The position numbers and the translations under genes were made by a program. Positions 22,143 to 31,562 of a DNA stretch of 64,000 bases are shown here, piece by piece. The stretch's first letter is position 1; every line of letters begins with the position of its first letter. The notes below the pieces were generated by a model that saw nothing but the letters and a program-made list of their open reading frames with translations, was not told the origin of the DNA and did no database searches. Source of the DNA: an uncultured Acidobacteriota bacterium (GTDB lineage Bacteria; Acidobacteriota; Thermoanaerobaculia; Thermoanaerobaculales; Sulfomarinibacteraceae); assembly GCA_963704125.1 (NCBI GenBank), contig CAVPHA010000025.1, forward strand, positions 21,481 through 85,480. Direction: 5' to 3'.

Positions 22143-22783
22143 CCTTGCCCGACCATCGCCCATTCGACGTTCTTCTCTTCGATCTCGGCGGAGTGCTGAT
22201 GGACTTCGTGGGGTTCGACGAACTGGCGCAGTTCATGTCGGGAGCCCCCGGCCGGTCCGAGATCCGTGACCGGTGGATCCGATGCGAGGCGGTCCGACGA
22301 TTCGAACGAGGCGAGATCGCCCGCGATGAGTTCGCCACCAGCGTGCTCGAGGAGCTGGAAATCGATCTCTTGCCATCGGACTTCCTGAGGTATTTCGTCG
22401 ATTGGGCGCGGGAGCCGTCGCCGGAGGCGGTCTCCCTTCTCAGGAGGCTGGGAAGGGACTATCGAATCGCCGCGCTGAGCAACGCCAACGAGCTCCACAC
22501 ACCGCTCCACCGCCGACGTTTCGAGCACGTCATCGGCACCTTCTATTTCTCGGACGAGATCGGAATTGTCAAACCGGATCGCGAGATCTTCGAACACGTC
22601 ATCCGCGACCTCGGTGTTCCACCGCACCGGATTGCGTTCTTCGATGACACGCCGGTCAACGTCGAGGCAGCGCGCGAAGCCGGACTCATCGCTTGTGCCG
22701 TGGACGGAATCGCTGAGCTGACAACCCAACTCAAACGCCTCGGCGTCGTTGATCACACATTCGGTGAAGGCGCTCGAGGGTAG
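22139..22783 (+). CDS. HAD-family phosphatase (YihX-like)
   Basis: GTG start overlaps the phytase stop. Motifs LLFDLGGVL, ALSNAN, KPDREIF, FFDDTPVNVEAAR. Confidence 0.85.
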   Translation: MTLPDHRPFDVLLFDLGGVLMDFVGFDELAQFMSGAPGRSEIRDRWIRCEAVRRFERGEIARDEFATSVLEELEIDLLPSDFLRYFVDWAREPSPEAVSLLRRLGRDYRIAALSNANELHTPLHRRRFEHVIGTFYFSDEIGIVKPDREIFEHVIRDLGVPPHRIAFFDDTPVNVEAAREAGLIACAVDGIAELTTQLKRLGVVDHTFGEGARG

Positions 22784-22789
22784 CCAGCC

Positions 22790-23040
22790 CGAACTTCTCA
22801 CCAGGTGTTCGTCCGGGGACGACGATCACCGGTCCTACAACCGCGAGGGCGCCGCCTTCGATCGAGGAGAGACCTTTTCGGGTGTCGATTTCGAGCTCGG
22901 TCTCAGAGCCGTCGACGAGCTTCGGGATCTCTGCCCCCCGGGGATGTCCTTGGCCCAATTCGCACTTCGCTGGGTCCTGATGTTTCCGGAGATCACCTGC
23001 GCGATCCCAGCAGCCAGACGACCGGAACCGCGACCCCAGG
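22790..23040 (+). pseudogene. C-terminal fragment of an aldo/keto reductase
   Basis: DDHRSYNREGAAFDRGETFSGVDFELGLRAVDEL...LAQFALRWVLMFPEITCAIPAARRPE, with no N-terminal catalytic half. Confidence 0.65.
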
Positions 23041-23086
23041 AGCCAGACGACCGGAACAGGTCGAGCAGAACACCGCCGCCGCCGAT

Positions 23087-23443
23087 CTACTCGGCCTCAA
23101 CCAATACGGTTATTGCAGCGCACAGCTCTGCAAGGCAGTCCGCTTCCAGACGTCCCATTTTGTTCTTGAACCGCTCGATTGAGACGCAGCGGATTTGGAG
23201 TGAGTCAGCGGCAGACTCCTTGGTCAACCCGTTCAACGTGCTCGGCTTGACGGCGAGACGCCAATGGAACTGCTGGTGCTTGCGCTTCCATTCAGTCAAT
23301 GGGACCACAAGCCGGACCGGGAGGCTCGAAACCGCGTCAATACTCACGACGACGGCCGGCCTCACCTTGGCGGTCTCTGAGCCACGAGTCGGATCGAGGT
23401 CAACCCACCAGATTTGCCCACGGAGCGGGTTGGGATCATTCAT
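23087..23443 (-). CDS. PemK/MazF-family endoribonuclease toxin
   Basis: RGQIWWVDLDPTRGSETAKVRPAVVVS, VVPLT, NGLTKESAADSLQIRCVSIERF. Confidence 0.9.
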   Translation of the reverse strand: MNDPNPLRGQIWWVDLDPTRGSETAKVRPAVVVSIDAVSSLPVRLVVPLTEWKRKHQQFHWRLAVKPSTLNGLTKESAADSLQIRCVSIERFKNKMGRLEADCLAELCAAITVLVEAE

Positions 23444-24624
23444 CAGGTAGGAGATCTCCGCCCAGGAGCGATATCCACTCGTCGTCTTCGAGGTAGTGGT
23501 TCCTCGCACGCTGGGCTTCGATGGTCAGGAGGCGCCTGCGCTCGGCCGGCGGTAATTTCAAGAGGTCACGCCGAGCTGTGGATCCGTCCTTGACCGGTTC
23601 TTCGAATCTCACGCCCATGATCTGTTCTGCTTTCTCGCGGGTCAGAGCGCCTTCGGCAACAGCGCGAAGAGCGGCACGCCGAGACCATTGGGGATCTTCC
23701 GCTTCCAGCGCCCATGGCTCCTTCTTCTTCCACCCAAGCGCATTAATCTGCTTCCAGAGCAGTGTTGCCTGATGATTGCCGATGATGTCCAGATCCGTGA
23801 GCCGGTAGATGAGGGCTTGAGATACTCATTCCGTACTTCTTCTTGAGCAACCCCAGCTCGACGAGCGAGATCTTCCTCCTCTTGGCGCCGACATCCTTGC
23901 GGACGAGGTCTGCGGGGGCCAGAAACGCCGCCCCGAATCGAAACGCCGCCTTTTCCTCGTCAACATGCTTCGTCTTGGTCATCACCAAATGGCCCAGCTC
24001 GTGACTCAGGTTCAACCGTTGGCGTTCACCGTCCACACCTTTCCTGCTCACGACACCGACGGCCTTGATGCCCTCGCTCTCATCTCGAGCGATCACCGCC
24101 AGACCGTCGAAATTCGCCTCGGTCTCGATCACCATCACGTGGATGTGGCGCTCCTCGAGAACGTCGGTCACGCATGCGATCGGATCCGCCCCCAACGACC
24201 ACTTCCTCCGAATGTCCTCGGCGATCTCTTCACATTCGTCGAGCGCCTTTGGCGAGTACTCGGCCAAGGGAATGCTGCTTCCATCGGTCTGCCCGGAAGC
24301 TTCTTGAAGAACAACCCGTTGTTCGAGCAATCGCGCCACCAGGCTTTCGACGCGGTTCTGTTCTTTCTTCGCCAGTCGACTCGTTCGGCGGTAGGCGAGC
24401 ACTTCGAAATGCACCGAAGGGGATGCGAGCAGCTCTGACGCCTTCACCCCGAAGACTCGAGCCAACGTTTTCAGGACGAGCGGCGAAGGCGACATCAGCC
24501 CCCGCTCGTACTTCGAGATGGCTTGCTTCGTGACCCGTCCGCTCGTGGCCGCGGCCAACTCGTCGAGCGACATAGCCCGAGACAACCGAAACATCCTGAG
24601 TCGATCCCCAACCTTTCCATCCAT
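23436..24624 (-). CDS. XRE-HTH plus ImmA/IrrE metallopeptidase fusion with a C-terminal extension; frameshift near 23815
   Basis: GDRLRMFRLSRAMSLDELA...KQAISKYERG HTH and RQRLNLSHELGH (HExxH). After the shift it reads LIYRLTDLDII...LEDDEWISLLGGDLLPDE, overlapping the MazF ATG. Confidence 0.8.
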
Positions 24625-24635
24625 GCTCCCCTCCT

Positions 24636-24674
24636 GGTTGACAAATATCGCAGCAGGATATAATTTTGTCAACC
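24636..24674. promoter_or_regulatory. Inverted-repeat operator and overlapping promoters upstream of the XRE-ImmA gene
   Basis: GGTTGACAAA (24636-45) and TTTGTCAACC (24665-74) form a 10-bp inverted repeat with TTGACA in each arm. Minus strand: TTGACA-17-GATATT; plus strand: TTGACA-15-TATAAT. Confidence 0.6.
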
Positions 24675-25197
24675 TAAGGAGTTGTCCCACTTCGGGCAGA
24701 CTCCCCGGAAACGATTGCAGGAGTCCTTACCCGCCTCACCCTGCCACCCGGCCTCGGCGGCAGGATCCACCCAGCATTTCGCGTACGAGACTGACTTGGC
24801 AGAGGGTGACTTTGTCGAGCTGTGGTTGTGGCAGGCATTCGGATCACCGATCCACTGTGACATCCACTTCCTGGTGCGGCGGGTCGGCAGCTGACCAATC
24901 TGAACCCGAACATCCCGCAGAGGGTTTTCCCCTCCTCGGTTTTCTTTGAATCCGACGATGCTTCGTTCGACTCGAATCCTCGTTGGCGATCCGATGTTCA
25001 GGCGGATTGTGACGGCAGGTCGACGGGAACATGAAGAACCGGGCTTTTGAGCCTTAGAATGTTCACGGCAGCCAACTTCCCAGCTTCCAAAAGCACCGCA
25101 CCTGGGGCTTTCTAACCGCCCAACCGCCGAACCAACCGCTCAACCGCCGGAAGCCCCGCTTGACCGCTGAATCGACCGGAAGCCGTACACTGGATTC

Positions 25198-25548
25198 ATG
25201 GTTGTTCTCGAAGACCGCATCCTGCTGCACCTGCAGGACGGGCGCCGCATTCCCGTTGATCCGCAGGATATCTACTTTCTCGAGGCCGAAGGCGGCGAAA
25301 CCCTGGTGCGGACACGACATGCACAGCCCCTCGCCGATGTCCGCCAGCTCAGTGAGCTCATTGGTGTTTTCGAGCCCCTCGGCTTTGCCCAGATCCACCG
25401 AGGTTGGGCGGTCAATCTCCGCCGCGTACGGGAGATCCGGCCGGCCTCCGACGGGGGCTGGGAGGTCAAGCTCGACCCACCGGTCAACCGGGTCCTGCCC
25501 GTCAGTCGCCGCCGCATCTCAGCCCTCTGGGACCGTTTCGGTGAGTAG
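25198..25548 (+). CDS. Stand-alone LytTR DNA-binding domain protein
   Basis: DIYFLEAEG, FAQIHRGWAVNLRRVREI, LPVSRRR; no receiver domain. Confidence 0.85.
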   Translation: MVVLEDRILLHLQDGRRIPVDPQDIYFLEAEGGETLVRTRHAQPLADVRQLSELIGVFEPLGFAQIHRGWAVNLRRVREIRPASDGGWEVKLDPPVNRVLPVSRRRISALWDRFGE

Positions 25549-25799
25549 GGGCATAAGCGTCGTCGGTGCTGACTCCGACGCGCTGGGGGGATGCCAGAGG
25601 CGAACCACGAACAACTGTGGCGGGATGGCGTAAACCATTCTTCATTCCTCATCGGAAAGATGATTGTGACAACTTGGTGGAGAGGGTCGGGAGAGGCTGG
25701 CCCGTCCACTTTGTTTACTTTGTTTCACCTGGCACGGATGCGGATGGACCCGTCTCCCTTTTGCTATCCTGCTTTCCCGGGCCACAGGGAGGTCGTGCA

Positions 25800-26390
25800 A
25801 TGGATATCGTCAGCGAGTTGGAGGAGCTTCGGCGGACCATGGAGCAGCTCGAGTCGGGCGAGGTGGGAGCAGAGGCCTGTTTTACCGTACATCAGCGGCT
25901 CGACGGGCTTCGAACCCTGTTTCGAGAGGTGCCGGAGCAGGTGGAACCGCATCTGGATGTTCTGAAGGCGATCTCCGGCGATTTCGCCCTCTACAAGAAA
26001 ACCCACGCCGCCGAGCTGGCGGACCAGTTTCACAACTTGGGAGAGGCCATCCGGACCTTGCAGAACGAGAAACAGTACTTCAGGCAAGTACTGATCCAGG
26101 TCGCACTGGAGCAGAACGGCAGCGCCATCACGGGCCGGCGAGCGCGCGTCATGGTCAAGGAGCTCGCTTCAGCCAAGCTGCCGCCGGCCAATTCGTCTGA
26201 GCGAAAGCGCCTGGAGCAGGCCTTGCTGGAGTCGGGCCACTGGAGCGAGGTGAGCCATCTCTCCGCGGCCAAGCTGTCCGCCGCTCTCGCGCGGGGGCTC
26301 TTTGACGCCAGCACGCAGGAGGAGTTGGAAGCCATGTTGTCGCGGGAGCCCTCGTATCAGGTGCTGAGCAGGCCACTGGTTGGGTCGTAA
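25800..26390 (+). CDS. Hypothetical helical/coiled-coil protein
   Basis: RBS GGAGG before ATG 25800; 196-aa open frame with coding-like codon use. Confidence 0.6.
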   Translation: MDIVSELEELRRTMEQLESGEVGAEACFTVHQRLDGLRTLFREVPEQVEPHLDVLKAISGDFALYKKTHAAELADQFHNLGEAIRTLQNEKQYFRQVLIQVALEQNGSAITGRRARVMVKELASAKLPPANSSERKRLEQALLESGHWSEVSHLSAAKLSAALARGLFDASTQEELEAMLSREPSYQVLSRPLVGS

Positions 26391-26461
26391 CCGTGCCAGG
26401 CTTCGCCTGGCGCACACCCGGCACCCATGATCAAGATTGGAAAGGTTTGCAGACCTGATGC

Positions 26462-26836
26462 TTACCCGCGGGCAATATAGTTCACGCCATCGAGACCCTC
26501 GAAGTCGGAATCCTGGGTCCAGATAAGGGCGTTCGATGCCCGCGCGGTTGCCAGGATGACCGCGTCTGCGAGGGGGAGCTTGTAGCGGAGTCCGAGAGTA
26601 GCGGCATCGAGCGCGAGAGATGCGTCGAGAGAGATGACCTTGCCCTGCTGCATAGCACTGGCCACCTCCAGAGCCTCGGTGCGGGCCCGGTGCCGCAGAA
26701 TCTTCTTTGTGACTTCGAGAATGCAGATCGACGGCACGATGAGGAATTCGACTTCTTCCAGGGGTTCGGCGAAGAAGGATGCGTTTGGGCCCTCTGCCAG
26801 ATACTCGAGCCATCCGCACGAGTCGACGAGATTCAC
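26462..26836 (-). CDS. VapC PIN-domain toxin
   Basis: NLVDSCGWLEY, PSICILEV, KLPLADAVILATA, WTQDSDF. GTG overlaps the antitoxin stop. Confidence 0.9.
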   Translation of the reverse strand: MNLVDSCGWLEYLAEGPNASFFAEPLEEVEFLIVPSICILEVTKKILRHRARTEALEVASAMQQGKVISLDASLALDAATLGLRYKLPLADAVILATARASNALIWTQDSDFEGLDGVNYIARG

Positions 26837-27039
26837 ACGCGGTCTCCTTCGCGCTCGATGCGTGTGTCGAGTCCGGCGAGGGACCCCCGCAGCTCCTCCG
26901 GCCGCCGCACCGGAACCAGCTCGATCCGGCCCTCGATAACCAGGACCTGCAATCGTTGCCCGGGTACGAGCACCAATGCCTCGCGTACCGCCTTGGGAAT
27001 GACCACCTGGAATTTGGGCGAAACGGTGACCGTGTTCAT
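26833..27039 (-). CDS. AbrB/MazE/SpoVT-family antitoxin
   Basis: VTVSPKFQVVIPKAVREAL...GRIELVP. Confidence 0.9.
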   Translation of the reverse strand: MNTVTVSPKFQVVIPKAVREALVLVPGQRLQVLVIEGRIELVPVRRPEELRGSLAGLDTRIEREGDRV

Positions 27040-27178
27040 GAAGACCTCCGATATCGATCGCTATTCTATCATACGGTTGGCTCATCGATCTGTTTTTGGT
27101 CTGCGGACATCAGACGCGAAATGGTCTCTACGCGGATGAGTTGGCGTTGGATCGAATGAGCTGTCTTTCGCTGCTTTC

Positions 27179-27598
27179 TCAGCGGGAGAGAAAGGTCCGC
27201 GGCGTGACCACCGACGCCCAGTCCGGGGGATTATCCACAAGATCCTGATCGCCGGTGACGAGGATTGCCCCGGGGCGGGCTGCAAGCAGGGCACATAGGT
27301 GAAGATCGCCGTGATCCGGGGGAAAAGACGGTGGATTCGCGGGTTCGCAGATGACGGCGTTCTCCGCGATGGCCGTCAGGATGGTGTCGATCTGAACCTC
27401 ATCGAGCCCGTGGCGTGATCGAATCTTCTTGCGAAGCAGGACCGATCTGTACTCCGCGAGCAGTTCTATGGAAAGGGCGAACCGCAGCGAACCGGAAAGC
27501 ATGGAGTCGAGGATTCTCGATGTGGGAGCGTCGATACCCGAGGTCAAGATCCCGCTCACGACCACATTGGTGTCGACCACGGCGACACGCGCCGTCAT
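27179..27598 (-). CDS. PIN-family putative TA toxin (PIN_3 type)
   Basis: VVDTNVVVSG, ELLAEYRSVL, DHGDLHL, ILVTGDQDL, VVTPRTFL. Confidence 0.85.
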   Translation of the reverse strand: MTARVAVVDTNVVVSGILTSGIDAPTSRILDSMLSGSLRFALSIELLAEYRSVLLRKKIRSRHGLDEVQIDTILTAIAENAVICEPANPPSFPPDHGDLHLCALLAARPGAILVTGDQDLVDNPPDWASVVTPRTFLSR

Positions 27599-27831
27599 CG
27601 GACTCGTTCGCCGGTGGTCTCTTTCACTGCGAGCGCGAGAGCATCGCGCTCGGACATGGCTGCGCACCGGCGGGCCTGAGCCACCAGGTCGGCGGCCTCC
27701 TCGGCGCTCTTGATGCCGTAGGAAGTGAGACTCTCCGCCACAAGCGAGCCGATGGTGCTTCCGCGTCTGGCCGCCGCAGCCTTGAGGGCTCGTTGCAGCT
27801 CGTCAGGCAGGTTGATGGTCACACGGGCCAT
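27595..27831 (-). CDS. Ribbon-helix-helix (CopG-like) antitoxin
   Basis: MARVTINLPDELQRALKAAAARRGSTIGSLVAESL; ATGA-coupled to the PIN gene. Confidence 0.8.
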   Translation of the reverse strand: MARVTINLPDELQRALKAAAARRGSTIGSLVAESLTSYGIKSAEEAADLVAQARRCAAMSERDALALAVKETTGERVR

Positions 27832-28212
27832 AGCCGCTCTCCCTTTTCGTTCTTACACATATGCACTAAAACATCAAAACATATTATCGCACATCTGTCG
27901 GGAAAATGCGCGGTCGAGGTGTCGGATACCGATTTCTGGTACTGTCAGTGCAAATTCGAGGGGAGCCAGGCACCTATCCCGCGTTCAGTTGAGGGTTAGC
28001 GATAGGGGCCTCGAACGAACTGCCGTCTCAAATCGTTGTTGGGAAGGAGCGCCTCGCCGAACGCAACGCACTTCGGGCCCAACAACATTGAGGGGGCACT
28101 CTCGGCCACCCGCGACGAGTGCATCAATCTCAGAGGCGCGCTACCGGGTGGCAGGCTGATGATCAGGCCGAATTTTCAGCGCGACAGGGCTGACACCCAA
28201 CTTCCCAACTTC

Positions 28213-28852
28213 CTAAAGCCCGAAAGGCAACAGCTCTGAGACCCAGGTCAACAGGTCGTTTTTTACTTGGTCCCACCGAAGATCGAGAAGCATCCTCGGT
28301 TGTGGTTCTTCGTCCGCATCGTCAAAAAAACTCAGACTTCGAACAACGTGACCGATATCCCGCATCTGAAACTTGGCACGAAAGAGGTCCAGATACTCCG
28401 GCAACGATCGATGTCTCGAGACCAGAAGCCAGAGGTCGATAAAGTCCTTTCGGCTGCCGCGTGACGCGATGGCGGCCAGTTTCATGGCAGCGATGTCGTC
28501 ACGGTGCGCCAAAGGCAGAAGACCGCCGCCGGGATCGATAACCGGTTGGAGCTGTGGGTAGTCGTATCCGAAGAAGCTGACCTGAACGCCCTGGATTGTG
28601 ACGTAAAGAGTTCGGGTACTCGTCGATGTCACCTCGAAAACCATCGACGATTCTCGTAGTGTGTCGATGAGCTGCTCAGGGTGGGAAAAGGTCCTGGACA
28701 TCAGATCGAGATCAATCGAGATCCGGTGGCCCTCCTGCAGCGCGAGAGCGGTGCCCCCCAGCCAGATAGAAATCGGACTTGGGCAGCGCCGGCGAGAGCA
28801 ACCGGAAGACCTCCGCCAGAACCGGCTCGGTCGCATCCCATCGCAGGCTCAA
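28213..28852 (-). CDS. AbiEii/AbiGii nucleotidyltransferase toxin; frameshift in a G run near 28755
   Basis: FYL(A)GGTALALQEGHRISIDLDL, DIAAMKLAAIASRGSRKDFIDL. Confidence 0.85.
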
Positions 28853-29154
28853 ACCCGCCACACCGGTTCTCTCTTTCGTGCGCTTTGCACCCAGGATGTG
28901 GTGGTTGGTTCAGGAACCCCGGACGCCCAGGCCCAGAATCTGAGCTCTCGTGCGGGCAACACACGACGGCCGCGCTTTTCGAGGAATGCGCGCAGGTCGG
29001 CACGGTCAAAGGACTCAAGGAGCCAGCGCATGGCTTCCCAGCCGCCACGCTCCATGACTCTTTCGACGAGGACTCGATCCAATCGACTCACGATCTCCGG
29101 ATCGTCAAGGTCGTACTCCCACAGGAGCTCGCGAACGAAAGGTGGAATCAACAT
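28849..29154 (-). CDS. DUF6922-like partner (putative antitoxin) of AbiEii
   Basis: LLWEYDLDD...VLVERVMERGGWEAMRWL...LPARELRFWAW; overlaps the toxin start. Confidence 0.7.
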   Translation of the reverse strand: MLIPPFVRELLWEYDLDDPEIVSRLDRVLVERVMERGGWEAMRWLLESFDRADLRAFLEKRGRRVLPARELRFWAWASGVPEPTTTSWVQSARKREPVWRV

Positions 29155-29449
29155 TAAATCATTATACCAGAGAGACTTGTGGCGCCGAGGTCAGGTGCGA
29201 AAAGCGACGGTCGTTGTCTTGCCGAGTCCCCGACGCCAAACCATAATTCCCCGCTCATCAGCGATTTGCGGGAAATGAATTGGTGGGGGCGGTCGCGGAG
29301 AATTCGAACCGCTGCAACTGTCCAACTCGATGTGCCCATCCTGAAAACCCAACAGCCACCAGTTTATCAGCCGATCGCAGGCAACCCGAACCACCTCAGC
29401 TTCGGTGCAGCTTCGGTGCCAGGCCCGCAGTTCCGCGGTTACGGGCTCA

Positions 29450-29602
29450 GCCTCTTGCAAAATTCAATACCGCTACAAGGGCGGGTATAAAACCCGCCCC
29501 TACGATTTTGTGGAAACTACCGTAGGGGAGGGTTTTACACCCTCCCCACCAAGACAGCTGAGGGTTCAACTGACCAACCGGCACGGTTTTTTTGCAAGAG
29601 GC
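29450..29602. mobile_element. 153-bp MITE (copy 1) with 13-bp TIRs and an internal REP doublet
   Basis: GCCTCTTGCAAAA...TTTTGCAAGAGGC ends; differs from the copy at 63463-63615 by one substitution. Confidence 0.8.
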
Positions 29603-29689
29603 TCGGCTGACAACTACGGGACTGCGGACCCATGGAGAAAGCCCCGGGTTTCATAGTTCTGCAAAGCGGTGCCTGGTGCACGTTTAACG

Positions 29690-29931
29690 TTTACGTTCTG
29701 ATCGGTCTCCAAGCGCTGGATCTGGTGCCGAAAAAGGCGGCGGGCACCGCCGCCGGTCTGACCGGTCTTTTCGGTTACTTCGGTGGCGCCTTCGCCGCCG
29801 ACATCGCCATCGGCGCCGCAGTCGACCGTTTCGGATGGGATGGCGGTTTCTGGTTGCTCTTCGGCAGCTGCCTGGCCTCGGTCATCCTTTTCGCTGTGGT
29901 GTGGTGGAAGGAAGGATCTCCAGCGGATTGA
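29690..29931 (+). pseudogene. C-terminal fragment of a GlpT-type MFS transporter
   Basis: LIGLQALDLVPKKAAGTAAGLTGLFGYFGG...GWDGGFWLL matches the last GlpT helices; no upstream remainder. Confidence 0.75.
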
Positions 29932-30029
29932 CATGGGATTCAGCCCTTCGGACCCGTCAAATCCGATCCCTATTTACCCTGTTATTCTCTCGTTGACACG
30001 AGGGACGTTGGTCTCTCCGAGGGGGTCAG

Positions 30030-31562
30030 TTGATGAGATCCAACGGTGCCGTCGCCTTCGACAACGAACGCTATCTCGCCGAGCAGAGCGAGGCCATCCT
30101 CGAGCGGATGCGCCAGGTGGGCGGCAAGCTCCACCTCGAGTTCGGCGGCAAGCTGCTCTATGACTACCACGCCTCCCGCGTGCTGCCGGGTTTCGATCCC
30201 GAACGTCAAGATGCGGCTGCTTCAGCAGCTCGCCGGCCACACCGAGATCATCCTCTGCGTCTACGCCGGCGACATCGATCGCCGAAAGGTGCGGGCGGAT
30301 TTCGGCATCACCTACGACGCCGACACCTTCAAACTCATCGACGATCTGCGCGAGCGCGGGCTCGAGGTCCGCGGGGTCGTGATCACCCGGTACGAAGACC
30401 AACCCGCCGCCGAGACCTTCGCCAACAAGCTCGATCGCCGCGGGGTCACGGTCTACACCCACCGCTCGATCCCCGGGCTACCCGGCCGATGTCGCACGCA
30501 TCGTCAGTGACGACGGCTTCGGCGCCAACCCCTACATCGAAACCGACGCGCCACTGGTAGTGGTCAACGCCCCCGGACCCAACAGCGGCAAGATGGCGAC
30601 CTGTCTGTCGCAGGTCTACCACGAGCACCGTCGCGGCGTGCGCGCCGGTTATGCCAAGTTCGAGACCTTTCCGATCTGGAATCTGCCGCTTCGCCACCCG
30701 GTCAATGCCGCCTACGAGGCCGCCACTGCCGAGCTGCGCGACGTCAACCTGATCGACCCGTTCCACCTCGAGGCCTACGATGAGCGGTCGGTCAACTACA
30801 ACCGCGATGTCGAGGCGTTTCCGCTGCTCAGGCGCATCCTCGAGAAGATCACCGGCGAGTCCATGTACCAGTCGCCCACCGACATGGGAGTCAACCGCGC
30901 CGGTTTCGCCATCATCGACGACGATATCGCGCGAGGAGGCCGGGCAAACGCGAAATCATCCGCCGCTACTTCCGCTACGCCTGCGACGAGGTCCTCGGCC
31001 TCGAGGACGGCGACCACGGTCCGTCGAATCGAAGCGTCTGATGGAGGAGTTCGACCTCAAACCCGAGCACCGTTCAGTGGTCATGCCGGCCCGCGACGCC
31101 GCCGAAGCCGCCGAGAACGAGGCCGACAAGGGCCACCGCGGGGTCTTCTCCGGCGCGCGGTCGAGCTGCCGACCGGCGAGATCGTCACCGGCCACAACAG
31201 TCCCCTGATGCACGCATCGTCGGCGTTGGTCCTCAACGCCATCAAGGTCATGGCGGGGATCCCCAAGCACCTCGACCTGATCAGTCCGGCGGTCATCGAG
31301 TCCATCGGCACGCTGCGCAAGGACCTCCTCGGCCGGGACTCCATCAGCCTCAATCTCGAGGAGACCCTGATCGCCCTGAGCATCAGCTCGACGACCAACC
31401 CGACCGCTCTACCAGGCCATGCAGCAACTGCCCAAGCTCTCGGGTTGCGAGCTTCATCTGACCCACCTGCCGACTCCGGGAGACGAGCGCGGGCTCCGCC
31501 GTCTCGGGGTCAACCTGACCTGCGACCCCAAGTTCGCGACCAACAAGCTGTTCATGTCCTAG
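30030..31562 (+). CDS. DUF1846 (UPF0371) protein; several frameshifts
   Basis: [69 protein letters not shown]. Confidence 0.85.

Noticed and set aside
21335-22783. Apparent phytase-HAD fusion ORF (482 aa)
   Set aside because: The phytase C-terminus continues in another frame to TGA 22142, overlapping the HAD GTG at 22139; frameshift artefact.
24682-24894. Short ORF ending LAEGDFVELWLWQ, reminiscent of a C1q/tail-fibre-like C-terminus
   Set aside because: Too short, weak start, and resemblance is from memory only; at most a remnant.
28750-28762. Phase variation or programmed frameshift at the G run in abiEii
   Set aside because: A 6-nt homopolymer in an assembly with pervasive indels is more simply a sequencing error.
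23087-29460. Integron cassette array explaining the co-oriented TA modules
   Set aside because: No integrase, and I could not identify convincing paired RYYYAAC/GTTRRRY attC sites by eye; would need an IntegronFinder run.
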